The notes beneath the pieces are model-generated. The model was not told the origin of the DNA, ran no database searches, and worked only from the letters and a program-made list of their open reading frames with translations. The position numbers and the translations under genes are program-made. From assembly GCA_900088475.1 (NCBI GenBank), contig FLMG01001246.1, positions 1-60,172 of the forward strand: a stretch of 60,172 nucleotides of DNA, read 5' to 3'. The stretch comes from Hyphochytrium catenoides. Taxonomy: Eukaryota; Protista; Hyphochytriomycota. The number at the start of each line of letters is the position of its first letter. Position 1 is the stretch's first letter. Shown in pieces: positions 22,502-34,435 of the stretch.

Positions 22502-23128
22502 ATGCAGAAGACAATTGCACTCCTTGCTGTTGCTGCTTTCGCGGCTTCACCTGCAGCTGCCACCTGGTGCCCACAGGGCCAAATCCCCGTCAGTGTGGAA
22601 GGTGGACAGACTGGTTGTGCTTGGCCTCAAGTGTGTGTGGCTGAGACATGGGGCAACTGTCCTCCAGGATCTTACTGCACTCGCGTCAAGACCGGAGTCC
22701 TCGGATGCCGTCTCAACGGATGGCAGCCTTACAACTCCTACACCGACACTCTTATGTCTTATGTTGGGTATAACAATCAGCCTACATGCCCTGCAGGACA
22801 AATCCCAGTCTCTGTGGAGGGTAGGGAAACTGGATGTGCAGCACAGCCTATCTGCGCTGGCGTCCAGGGTAACTGTCCTACTGGCTCTTACTGTGGCATT
22901 GTACGGACGGGCGTCCTTGGCTGCAAACCTGGTGCCCCTCCTGCTCAGCCTGGTCAGTGCCCACCAGGACAGGCCCCTGTCTCTGTTGAGTATGGCCAGA
23001 ACGGATGCGCTCCTTACCCAATCTGCGTTGGTGAGACGTGGGGTAACTGTCCAGCCGGGTCTGTCTGTGGTAGGGTTCAAACAGGTGTACTAGGCTGCAC
23101 TCTGCGCCCTAGAAACCTCAGAAATTAG
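22502..23128 (+). CDS. Secreted Cys-rich three-repeat protein, oomycete putative carbohydrate-binding type; probable 5' UTR intron 22341-22409
   Basis: Signal peptide followed by 3 copies of the 6-Cys module CPxGQxPVSVExGxxGCAxxxxCxxxxxGNCPxGSxCxxVxTGVLGC. AATAAA at about 23230. Confidence 0.85.
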   Translation: MQKTIALLAVAAFAASPAAATWCPQGQIPVSVEGGQTGCAWPQVCVAETWGNCPPGSYCTRVKTGVLGCRLNGWQPYNSYTDTLMSYVGYNNQPTCPAGQIPVSVEGRETGCAAQPICAGVQGNCPTGSYCGIVRTGVLGCKPGAPPAQPGQCPPGQAPVSVEYGQNGCAPYPICVGETWGNCPAGSVCGRVQTGVLGCTLRPRNLRN

Positions 23129-23393
23129 AACCTTTCACAATCCCGCTTCTACTATTTTACTACTATTCTCCTCCTACCAGCCTTCGCAAGGCTACGCAGT
23201 AAGAAAGAAATCAATGTCCATAGCTCAATAATAAATCTTCTAATCTCAATGACCGAATGAGACCTACATCCATTCATGCGCTTTCATTGTCCACCCCATC
23301 GCGTGCCGCGTTCGATGATACTGAAAAACAAAGCATAATTAGGCGACGAGGCCTAAGCTCTAATTCAATTCTTCAGCCCAGGCAGGACTTTTA

Positions 23394-24711
23394 TCACTTT
23401 GAAGTAGCTATTCCCTTGGTCCGGTGTCCTGTCCTGAGGAGCGTGAACAGACCCAATTCTTTCTTTAGCCATTTCATTACTGTTTTGGTATGGTGGAAAG
23501 GATCTCAGAAGTGGAGTGCATTGAGGTCCTCTAGGACTAACCTGAATTCTTGCTCATTCTTCATACTCGATTTGAGATTGTCCAAAGCCTCCTCATGGAC
23601 TTTGCCTGTCTCTTCAGAGATAAGACTCCGCAAACATTTAGTGACTTCCGTGCCTTTCCCATTCTGGACAAATCGTTCGAGAAAGAGGCAAGCGACCTTC
23701 AGATGGTGACACCTGCTGAAAATGGGGCTCTTCTTCATCAGCTCCCTTGCCTGAGTTGACCTCACCACTTCTTCCTACCTCCTCCCCAGCCAATTTGAAG
23801 GCATCCCATGATTTCAATGGAGCCAATACAATGGCACTTCCTTCCGTTGCCTGGCTTTTTTCTGCGGCATAGGCCGGTACAGAATGGCCTGAAAGTGGTT
23901 GAAAGTCGGGACTAGCCTCTGGAATAGGGATGATAGGAGTTGCTGAAGGGGTGATGCCCGCAGAAGTAGTAGGAGGACCCACGGACGGCAAGGAAGCCGA
24001 TATGGCGTTCACCATGGCTTCAACCTTTGTCAACATCTCAATAGGGCCATCTAGGTAATCTTCGGTACCTAGATAAGGCTTCTGTGGCAGATCGACATCA
24101 CGATAATAAAAGGTCTTCACCCCATAACTGGACCATCGCAAGCCAACAACCTCTGGATTGCCCCCAATTCCATTGTGGCAAGCAACACAATCCCTCACAG
24201 CGCAGAAGCCGCCGTGTGTCTTGCCACAGAGATTCTGTGGGGGAACCCCAAGGTAGTGATCATAACTACGCTTTACCTGTTCACCTCTCATCTTCTTTAA
24301 CCCGCTTGTTAGCTTACATAGAGCGTTACGGATGAGGGTGGGGTCTTGACATGCCATGACCCGGGCTTCCAGCTGCTGCATAAGACAAGCCAAGCGCTTG
24401 TAAGGCTGTAGTTCGGCGGCCAGTGCACGCCTGTTAATGTTGAGCTCTATCACCGACTCCATGCTTAGGCGGAGGGCCTGCCCAAGCTCTTCTGATGGTT
24501 GCTTTTCTTCGTCTCCATTAGCAACCGATACAGCGTTGCAGAGCTTACTCAGTGAGAGAGACTGTTCAATGCCGCCCCTCATTGCAGCTGCAATCTCCTC
24601 GAGCTCTTCTGCGGATTTGCACTCAATATTAAGCGCGAAAGCACTATCCTCCACCCCCAGCCGCTTCAAAGCTTTCAACAGCTCAATCCTTCTATCTACC
24701 AGAGACTTCAT
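23394..24711 (-). pseudogene. Unknown helical protein with UIM-like and Cys/His motifs; probably disrupted near the 3' end (or a 357-aa intact ORF ending at 23638)
   Basis: 357-aa ORF. A more protein-like helical frame takes over at about 23775 (one extra G) and continues past an in-frame TGA (23505-23507) to TGA-TAA at 23396-23391. Confidence 0.55.
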
Positions 24712-26129
24712 AATGGGGAGTAGCCTAGCTTGCGGGTTGACGATTGGAGGTCGCTTCTCTTTGCCTCAACCGAAGAACGATCTGGCTAGGTAATAAGGGG
24801 ACACCGCTTATGGGTTATGGTGGAGCGCAAAGAAGGTTGAAGAATAATCTATTTTCCCGCTGCACGGGTCTGCGGAACTTTATGAATGTTGAGGAGAATG
24901 TATCGGCTATTCTTGCGCTACTCTCCTGCCTGCTGCATCTTCCCTACTGCTCAGGATACCCTCAGCTCGTCCGGGTATGCTCTGTTGTCAGGGTTCTTAC
25001 CTTCTTCGCAGATCACTTGGAAGGGAGGAGTGACTAGTCTCTGGACGGAGTTCTCTGTCTGACACAAAAGGAGAACAAAGTCCTGAGGAAAAGAAGCAAG
25101 TGTTTCTCTCTATGGAAGGGGGCGTCAGAGTGTCGAATCGTATTGGACAAGGAGACAGCTGCCATGGGGAGAGCGATAAACGGTGCGCATACAAATCTGT
25201 TATGACAGCCGCCCAGAATGTCCTGCAGCGTAGAACCAAGTAGGCCATCTGTTGTTCCCCTATTATAGAACTCGACCTCTACAGCGCTAGAGGATTGAAT
25301 CCTCTGCCCTAAAGGGAGAGCCGAAAGATGGTCCACCCTGGAGCGACATGCTGCGACTACGTACAAGGAGAGGATTCACTGACGTACTACCATAAGAGGG
25401 TAGACAACGTGAGGGAAAAAATGATGAACACGACAGAGCTATCATTGGTACCAGAGAACTAGACCAGGGCTCGACTGCAGAAGAGAAACGGTGGACGCTT
25501 AGAGATCTGCCATATTATGCTACCATCATCGATGGTGCTTCTAGGGCCCAATAACAGCGCAACCGCGCCCTTTGCCCGGTACGCAAGGCCATGACAGAAA
25601 CGCAGCAGCAGGGCCGCCTCCACGGGTGGAAAAAGAACTCCTAGAACGAAGCCGCGTCACCCCTACAACTTACTGTATGGCACTTCTGCGCCTAAGATCC
25701 ATAGGTTGCCTCTCATCAAAGAACCTACCCTCTCGAAAGCCGCTATGCGAGTGGTAGCTCTTTCGAAAGGAGCAGGCCCGCACATTTACCTTGCTGTTCT
25801 ACCGGAGAGAAGGAACTGTCTGAAGAGGAAGTTGACCACCTTCAAATCTTCAGAAAATCAGAAAATAATGTCAGCAAAGATTTCTGGAACCAGCTGCTGT
25901 ACCGAAACTGTCACGGTCTGTTCTCTGCTCCGTATTTGTAATCCATGGTGGTGTAACAATATTCATCCGGAATGAACAGAATTGCCGCTGGGCTTATTCT
26001 GTATGTAGAGGACGATTATGAAGTTTGGGAGAACTGTGGCTGCTTCAATCTTCAATAATGTCCTTCAAGAAGTAGAGAACGTCCGGATCTTGGATCTTGA
26101 AAACTCTCAGTTCTTCAACTCTGTGAAGA

Positions 26130-27293
26130 ATGAAGAAGAGCAGTCTTCATGCTTCTGCCGATGAAGACAGGAGGACCAGGGCCTTATTGTTGGCTGCTTC
26201 AAGGACCACGATAGGTGATACGATGAGGGATATCGCTCTTGACTCCACGGCTACCCAGTTATGTCAACCACTTGTCGCCTACCTTCGAGCTCGTCCCACT
26301 CTCGACGATGTGGACAAGAAGTGCTTGGCTGAAGCCATGACAGAAATACAGAATTGCCTGGTGATGGAGAGAACAGGGACGAAGACTGGCACCATCAAGG
26401 GTACCAGTGACGAGTCGTTGTCCTCAAACCAAACGCGAAAGGTCATGGTAGTCTCGTCTACTAGCCAAACTAGCGCTGGGCCAAAGTCGCCCCAAAAGAC
26501 TAACAAGCATCGGAGAAAGCTTCGGTCCATAATCGCAACACAACCCTACCTAGAGCTGGATGAAGAAGTCAGCAACGTCACTGTGATGGAGTGGCTGTTT
26601 GGAAGATGCTTTTTTGAGTGGTGGTGGAGTTGGAGAAAGTTCATTTGGCCACTCTTGTGGGTGACAAGCTCTGTCACCTCTGCCCTATGTGCCGCAACAC
26701 TAATGCTTGAAGACAAAAGGACAGCGACGATAACGGGAATAGTCAACCTTCCTCTTTTCTGTCTAACATTTCTACATAATGCTTCTTTAGCGAATGCCTT
26801 CTTATTTCTGAGATCTGTTCGCGGGTTTGAAGCGAGGTTGTTCTTATTGGAAGGCATACTCTTCTCTATCTCAGTGGCCGGTGTCTTTGGGTTTACGCTT
26901 GATGGCTGGGTCTCGGGTCTCCACATTGTTCTGTTTCTCATCGCGCAAGCTCTTTGGTACGACGCCTTGCCTAAGGCAGCACGTCGAAAGCAAAAGGTCG
27001 TAGTGCTTGTCAACTCACTACTGCTCTGGACCCTGGGTTTGGCTCTGTTCTATCTTGGGCTTCCACCACGAATGGGACGCTATCGGTGGGATCCACTTCA
27101 AGGTCTACACAATGAGGACAACGTGCTTGTCAAATCCAAATGGACGGTTTCCCTCGTAGACGCCTGCTTGAATCGAGGCCTAACCATCTTATGTATGCAG
27201 CTGAGAGCCACCTACTTGGCTTTCAGGCATCCTGAAGACTGCATCTTTCTACGGAGCCGCTTGCGGGTAGTGGAATTAGAAAACCCAAGATGA
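26130..27293 (+). CDS. Uncharacterised polytopic membrane protein (about 6 TM), single exon
   Basis: 387-aa ORF with a hydrophilic N-terminal half followed by multiple hydrophobic helices. Confidence 0.75.
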   Translation: MKKSSLHASADEDRRTRALLLAASRTTIGDTMRDIALDSTATQLCQPLVAYLRARPTLDDVDKKCLAEAMTEIQNCLVMERTGTKTGTIKGTSDESLSSNQTRKVMVVSSTSQTSAGPKSPQKTNKHRRKLRSIIATQPYLELDEEVSNVTVMEWLFGRCFFEWWWSWRKFIWPLLWVTSSVTSALCAATLMLEDKRTATITGIVNLPLFCLTFLHNASLANAFLFLRSVRGFEARLFLLEGILFSISVAGVFGFTLDGWVSGLHIVLFLIAQALWYDALPKAARRKQKVVVLVNSLLLWTLGLALFYLGLPPRMGRYRWDPLQGLHNEDNVLVKSKWTVSLVDACLNRGLTILCMQLRATYLAFRHPEDCIFLRSRLRVVELENPR

Positions 27294-27885
27294 GGTGAGC
27301 TGGTCTCGCGGGCAATACCAGGAGGAGGGGGTGAGAGGGATTCCCTTTCTTGAAGAACGATAGCGCTTCAAATACCTGCATGTGTCTAATCTCACAGGCA
27401 GACCATTCTGGCAGATCTTTTGGCGCGATGGGTCCCGCCACATAAGAATAGTACCATGATGGGTATAGTGACCTAGGGTAATCTTTGGCGTACATTCTTA
27501 GGTATTACTGCTAGCAAGGATTAGGAGTGGAAGGAAGGGGTGTAAGAGCTTCCATCGCCCTTTCGTTATCAATCAAGTCCTCCAGCCCTTTGACGTGCTC
27601 CTATATAATAGCGGCAATGCCCTCGTTAGCAGCGGAGAAATTCCCTTTTCCCCCTTCGCGTTCGTTCACGCTTGTATTAGTGCTTGACAGACCACTAACT
27701 CCTCCTTCTACTGGCGTCATACGACTTGATTGTCGTGCACAACCCCAGATTAAGCTCTACCGCTCTCCCTGCCCCCAAATGTAAGTTACTAAGATACTAT
27801 GGACCTCGCGGTCTGCCTCTTATTATAATAAGCGAAGATATCAAGGAGGTCAACAAGTCAAACTCTCTGCCCGTTCGCTCGCTGA

Positions 27886-28962
27886 CAAACTCCGTCAACT
27901 GCTTCGACATCCTCCTCTGCTTTTCACTTCTGTCGCTTTACTCATCAGCGAGAGCCTGTTCCTCCAAACATCTCCTTCTCGCTTTCGAGAATATCCAAGG
28001 CCCCCTTATTATTGGAAGCAGTCTCTTCATCACCAAACGTCCCATATCCTGCTCTGCGTCTCACAATCGCAACGGTGGTGGAAAGCGAATGGGACCTGTT
28101 CCTGGTTGAGATTGATGGCGTTGCTATGATGAAAGATAGATATATAAGAGACAGATAGAGAGGTTTGGCATCATTGTCCAACCAGGTCATCAGTGTCACA
28201 CCTTCTAAGCAGAGGTCATGATCATTGCGGCGTACCTCTTCACAATACCTCCTGGGGCGGCAGCGGTACAGCAGTGGTTTCGTTTGGCGACCGTGGAAGA
28301 GCGCGCCAGCAGGACAAATGTACCGGTTATAGAATTCTCCACGCTTTCCTTTGATGGAGCTCCTCAGCATACCGCTTGACCATATCAAACTGAAGATATC
28401 CAGGTCTGTCGAGCTCCATCATTTCGAGAAGCTGAAGAATTTTAATACTTCCAAAAAACTCGTAGTTGACTTCCTCCTCCTCGTTCGCAAGGGTTTGAAG
28501 CTAGCCACTAATAACTCTAGTGGTGAAACCACTTGTGAAGAGCCTCTTACTTTGCCGGAGCCGACGTCATCGATGAGGCTGCGAGCACAAGCAAACACTA
28601 TTTTGGGGGGACCGACAAATGACACGTCATTAAAAGGTTTGCTTCCGACCATTAACCTTAACGGAGTTGAAGCGCAGCCACTGTCGTCTGTGGAGACTGC
28701 TATAGATGGTTCATTGTCAAATTGAGTAGATAACGCCGCCAGAAGGGATGCTATGCATCTTCCGCCGGGAGCAGGGCAGCAGGGAGTTGCTGAACAAAGC
28801 GACATGCTGGAGCTCGTTTGCACCAGCGCAGTACTCACTGGGCCTGAAGTTGAAGAGCTCATCCTGGAGATGTGTGCTGGCTGTCTAGAAACAGGCGCAG
28901 ACATCTTCCCAACCAAGGCAACCCGAGGGATTGGGCTTTTCTCTTCTTCTGACTTTATGTAG
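27886..28962 (+). pseudogene. Frame-intact ORF relic of unknown family with four internal stops
   Basis: A single frame of 359 codons is interrupted only by TAG 28156, TGA 28219, TAG 28330 and TGA 28723. This is far fewer stops than random sequence would give. Confidence 0.5.
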
Positions 28963-29555
28963 GGACAAACAACAAAAAGATCATTGAAGGAGGACATCAC
29001 CGTTTCCGCACATCGGCACCTTCAAGGATGGCAGTCCAAGGTTCCCCTAACAAGTACTAAGGCCTTTAATGTACAAGTGAAACTCTCATTTTATGCCTTG
29101 AGATTATTTCCCCTATATTTATCTATTGGTTACTGATGACATGATTGTGTTGGGGACTAAGAGAGCTGGACGGAGTAATTTCCTACGTTGTAGGCAAATG
29201 ATGACATCTGGCACTTCGACAATCGGCAAGGCTTAGCGTTATTATTACAACTGTAGAAGATCGAAGCGACTTGACTGCGGGATCTTGGTTGTTACCTCGA
29301 CGAGCAAACGCTGAACGTCAACCACAGCTCGCACCTCTGCTAGACCGGGAGGATAACTTGTTATGCCTGCTTGTAGTCAGTAGAAGGTGCAAGGCCCGTT
29401 AAGGCTTCCGACGACAAAACTCATAGGTGGCTCTCTATGCAACCCCGCCCTTTACCGTCTCCTGAGGTTCAGAGAAGGACCAGCTCGCGGGCTGGGGCCT
29501 TCTGGAGATCTTGACGGGGACATTCTCAGGAAACGTCCACTTTGTTGGGCAGAAA

Positions 29556-30411
29556 ATGACTCATGAGAAACCAGCTTCCACGACGACTTCGGGGCTAGTA
29601 AACGTTTCTCGTTCCCAGCAGGAACGGGACTCTCCAGCTCTAGTGGAGAAGCACTATACCCTGGTATTCATCTTCGATAGAAAGAAAGAGGCCCAGGAGG
29701 AGGGCGACCATGCCTCTCCTGCTGGCTCGTCACTACCGACTAGTGACTCGTTACTACTAGGTATGAAGAAGCGAGGATTTGGTATAGGAAAATGGAACGG
29801 TAAGTCCTGATACATCACCGTACGGCCGCGAGGTGCAAAACCTATACTCAGTCTGTTAATGACACTTGATAGGGTTTGGTGGGAAGGTGGAGCATGGAGA
29901 AAGCCCGCTGGCCTGTGCTTACCGCGAGGTAGAGGAGGAATGTGGTCTTATCGCAGTCAATCTACAGGCTAGAGGGCAGTTGCTTTTCACATTCGAGACA
30001 ATCCCAATCCGAATGGTACATCATATCCTTCTAACCCCAGCCACCTTCTCTTGGAGAGTGCCAGTATAGATTCACTCTTGGGCGCGGACAGTACTTTGGT
30101 CCTGGCTTTTGTTCCTTAGTAGCTGCCTTTTGCTAAGAGAGTTTTGCTCCCATTAGGCTGTCCATGTGTTTAGTTCCGCCCAGTATAAAGGTGTGCCCAC
30201 GGAAACTGATGAGATGAAGCCTCAGTGGTATCGCTTCGAGGACATTCCCTACGACCGTATGTGGGCCGACGATCAGCATTGGCTGCCGTATGTCATTGCT
30301 GGGAAAAATGTCGATGGAATCTTTAGGTTCCAAGATGAGACCGTAATTCTAGAGTACAAACTGCGGGTTCTAGACAGTCAGGGCCGCCTGATAGAAACTA
30401 AAGAAAGCTAA
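29556..30411 (+). CDS. NUDT1: 8-oxo-dGTPase / oxidized purine nucleoside triphosphate hydrolase MTH1 (3 exons)
   Basis: YTLVF...LLGMKKRGFGIGKWN|GFGGKVE..ES...CAYREVEEECG (Nudix box)...|VHVF...ETDEMKPQWY...IPYDRMWADD..WLP. Confidence 0.95.
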
Positions 30412-30554
30412 GCAACTTCTTTATAAGCATCCCTTGTCACAGCGTTCGGAGAAGTCTTATAGTTACTGTCCACAGCTTTGGATGAGGTCGCTCCCTGGTC
30501 CTGGACACTCGAATAAATAGGACGTACGATACAATAGATGGCACGTGTCCCTCA

Positions 30555-31198
30555 TCAGAAGGAGTTTTCCTTGGCGATTTGCAGTTCGCGAGGGTTGAAG
30601 ACAAGGGCCAAACGCAGTAGAGAGGTGATAACGCGGAAGCTGGCACGGATGCGCTGCAGATCCTGAAGAAGGTCTGCATCCACAGTATTCTGCGTATTAG
30701 TAAGGGAGGCAAGTGATGTAAAGAGAAAGATTAATCCAGCAGTCTACTCCAAAGAAAGATGACTGCAGTACCTCAGAGGGAAACGCTGCTACTCGAGTCT
30801 GCAGGGAATCGATCGTTTTCATTGCCCTATCTCCGTCCAAAACGTTAGAGCCTCGAAGTTTGCCCAAATGCCGAGAGGTAGAGGAGCATATGCACCTACC
30901 TAGGCGGTACCATCTCAGGCTGGGCACTATGGACAGCCAGAAGTACATCACAGACAGCCCTGTAAAAGCTCAACTCGCTCCCAACTTCAAACCCTCGGAC
31001 CACTCTAATAGAAGTGAGATGTAAGCTTTACTAGATGAGCGAGTATATGCCCGGATGCCAATAATCTAACCCCAGTTGAGCGCCCTCCAGATGTCCGAGT
31101 TCCTTGCCTTTCTGGACACCTTCAGCCCTGCCTTTCTCTATGAAAGAGCCTTCTAAATGCAGCAGCCCGTCGAAGAGGTCGTCTCCTCTGTTACCCAT
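30555..31198 (-). CDS. LTO1: LTO1/ORAOV1 (Yae1-family ABCE1 maturation factor), 4 exons
   Basis: DDLFDGLLHLEGSFIEKGRAEGVQKGKELGHLEGAQLG|VVRGFEVGSELSFY (deca-GX3 motif)...LQRIRASFRVITSLL...NSF-stop. Introns are phase-consistent. Confidence 0.88.
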
Positions 31199-31956
31199 GG
31201 CATTCAAAGCGAAAGAGGACGGGTAATTGGGCAGGCACGGACTGCTGACCGTCCTCGATATTAAGAAATGGCACCGTTGCGATGATGGGGTTAGAGGTGT
31301 ATGAAGAGCTTCTGGATGTCCTGTCATCCTGCTGCTCTCTGCTCTCTGTGCTTCACTCCTATGATTTCCAACTAGTGGGCGAACGGGCGAACATTAAAAA
31401 AGAAAAAATTGGATCCCGGAGGCGGTGAACCCTATATTCATAATATTCATTGCAGTCCCTAGCAATATGACCTTCAAAAGCGTAATTATACTAAATTCGC
31501 ATGACCAGCGCTGAAGCCCTCAACTTTATTTTGGGCTTTTTATTCATAAAAGGGGACGTGACCGAGATCATCTACGGACTTACTGTGCGGTAGCTCGTAC
31601 TTGTACGAATTTTCTTGTCTTTTCTCTGGGGCGATGACGCCCTCATGAACGCCACTTCCGCCTTGTTACCCTCCAAGCCGCAGCACAGCTGGTTTGCCCG
31701 AACAGCATCTTTTCTTTAATGGGGCAGCAGTGGCTACTGAGGCAACAGGCAAAAGGATCTCTTGGGGAGAGAAGAAAGAGGTCATGATGACCGGCGGCGG
31801 TGGCAAGTACGAAGTAAGGTTTGGTCAATGCAAGCAGAGAAATGTACTCAGGCCTCTCTATGGGTTCCTACAAGCCAGACTGATAAGTTAAGAAAGTAAC
31901 GACCTGCCACACTTCCCAACTGTCAGGGCAGAGCAAGAGCCAGAGAGCTGTCTATT

Positions 31957-33153
31957 CTAGAGTTGCAGCCTAGACAAAAAATCCGATGTTGCGGCTTCAT
32001 ATGCTCGAGAACTCTTGCGAAGCCTAAGATGCAATGGTTAGAAGTGTGCCTGGAAAACCTCCCTGTCCAATTATGTTCTCCACTTACAGCTGGACATGAG
32101 AAGCATCACTGATGACAACCTCAGATATGTCCTGTCTTGGAGCCCGTAACCGCTTCTTATCCTCTAATAGGGACTGCAGCTTGCTAACATTACAAATGCG
32201 GTCACTAGGGCTGTACAGATAGAGCTCCGGGCCTAGCTCTAGACCTCTGCAATATCTCCAGTAATCTTCAGCATAGTCAGGAAAGAGGCTCAGACCTGCC
32301 CTAAAGAGCTGCGCCATAAGCTTGTGGATAAATGGACTCTCTGATCCGAGTGCCTCCATTGCGACAGCTGCGGCGAGATCTGGAGTGACATAGCAAGGCG
32401 AGCTGTCGTAGACGACCCCTGCAACCTGCTGGATAATCCTCTTGTAGAACTCTTGGTCGTTGCTCTGGGCTAGAGCATGTTCTTGACTTTGAACGTATCG
32501 ATAGAGCCCTAACAAGGGAAAGACTCCGCCATTTGAGAATACATGGAAGATAATCCTTCGCTTATCCGCCTACTAGGAACAGTAACAGATAAGGAGGATG
32601 AGTAGTTGGCCCAGGAAGACCGTAAAGATAGGGGCGGCAAGCACAGCCTTAGAGATACGATGTCAGTGAACAGAGTGCATAAAATGCAGTCTGATGAAGC
32701 TCTCACCTCTATATCCCTCTGGTGGCTTTGAAGGTACTTCAGAAGTGCTTGGCCAAACTTCTTGTGATCTTCAAACCGCGGAGAGAAGAGTATATGAGAA
32801 GGAGCAACTGTGGATAGAGTCATGAAGCCTTTCCTCTCATACAGTTCCGAGTACTTGGTCAGATGTTTCTCAACGTTTGCTCCATGCCAGCCAAGAAGGA
32901 TGACCAAGGGACTCGGTGAACTCTTTGGACTCTTGGAGCTCTGAGCACGGCGAAGTATGGGTTTACCCATAATGGTATCGATGTGCCATGCCTGGGCATC
33001 TGCTGATTTATCAATCGCTGCGGTATCACCGCGGCCTGGTAACTTATGATATAGCCGAGTTGTCACCCATCGAGGACTATTCCGGCATACGCTAAGAGTC
33101 AAAAGACGGCCAAATTGGGATGAAGACTGCCGGGATATAAGCCCTCCCACCAT
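31957..33153 (-). CDS. TMEM53: TMEM53/DUF829 alpha/beta-hydrolase-like protein (3 exons)
   Basis: PLVILLGW.GA...HLTKYS.LY, IIFHVFSNGG, GVVYDSSP, LYLYSPSD, SHVQLLR. Confidence 0.88.
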
Positions 33154-34435
33154 GATTAGTATGATTGAGGAACGTCAGACACTCGAAGGTGAGTCGCAGC
33201 CAGTGCCATGTGCCGCATGAAAGCAGACTGCTGCCGGTAGCAGTAGTGCTGTTGCGGGCTTTTGCTAATAATTGTGCTCCCCTTATCTACTAGACAAAGA
33301 AGCTATGATCAGCAACAAGAACCATGTGAGCAGTGACTCAAAAGACTTCATAACTGAGAGCTGGTGTGAACTATTGACCACACTCCTCCGCATTGTCAGT
33401 CAGCCTACCGCTTTACAAAGGCACTTCCTACCAACTCACTGCCATCACACCAACACGCCAAGACATCATTTTGTTCAAGGCGTCCAGACGAGGGGTTAAC
33501 GGTCAGATCCTCATCGTCACCTCCCTTTGGCAAACAGGAAAAGCAACCAACGAGGTAGAATCGCATCATCACTCATCATCACTCACTCATCGCTCTCGGC
33601 GTCTGGCCATTGGACAGCCGCGGCACTCCTGGTCTTTCGTCTTTCCACGAGCAGCTTGGTACTTTCTGCATATATCCTTCGGTTCTCCTTACTCCCATAC
33701 CTTCATCAATCTGACCTACGGTGACGAGAACTGATGGAGAGGAAAGAAAGCGATCGTGATGATGATCGTGAGGCATCGCAGCACATCGATGGCAGCAAAT
33801 TGTCTATCGCCCGTTAAAGCCGATAGAAAGACGCCTCGAACCGCAATGAAGAGAACTGAGCACCAGCAAGGCCGGCATGTCATGCACTGACTATCTTTGG
33901 GACTCAGGTCACGGTATGATGAGTCCGCACCAGTGAAACGTTTCTCTATTATATGAGGAAAGCAGAGGAAAGTATAAGTGGAAGCGTTGCAGGACAAAAG
34001 TAGCGAGATTTCTAAGGCCAACGCCACACTTCCTGACCTTTGAGGCGGAGTGTGGTCCGAAGAAAGACCTAAAGCTCCATAATCGAGCGTGAGGTCCCAC
34101 TTATTATCACGATATCAGCAGGAAGAGGAGATTGGGCTTAGATCTCCTGGGACTTGATAGAGGAGAGGAAGAAGGCCTTTAATGCTGTCGTTATCTTCGT
34201 AAGGCACATAGTTTAGAGCAGCCAGGGATGCCTGACTGAGACACTTTCTGCACCACCTCCAGATCCAGATTAGGTCAACACCACTATGATTCTTAAATAT
34301 ATAGAGGCCGAAGTTTTTCGAAGAGAAGATTAAGGAGCGCGCGGCAAGCAGATTGCAACTAAATCCTCGGGTTGCTGACCCTTCCACCATCCCAGCTGCC
34401 GCGGATGGACGTTGGGCTGATCCCTACTCCATTCT

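Noticed and set aside
24900-26100. Fragments vaguely resembling kinase or F-box motifs (similar coding-like debris at 33250-34400, 35550-35880 and 51080-51400)
   Set aside because: No consistent frame, strand or diagnostic motif could be established.
550-28962. Genome-wide stop-codon reassignment (e.g. TGA=Trp) to explain the in-frame stops
   Set aside because: Conserved genes have no internal stops and end at expected positions with TGA (LTO1, KIF6), TAG (CCT4) and TAA (COX16, NUDT1).
30016-30156. U12-type signals (ATATCCTT at 30023, TTCCTTAG at 30112) in NUDT1 intron 2
   Set aside because: The GT-AG (U2) boundaries give the correct MTH1 alignment, while U12 boundaries break the frame. An 8-mer is expected about once or twice by chance in 60 kb.
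31380-31560. AT-rich segment with small hairpins and a T-tract on the minus strand
   Set aside because: The stems are short, and the segment is adequately explained as the LTO1 promoter region.
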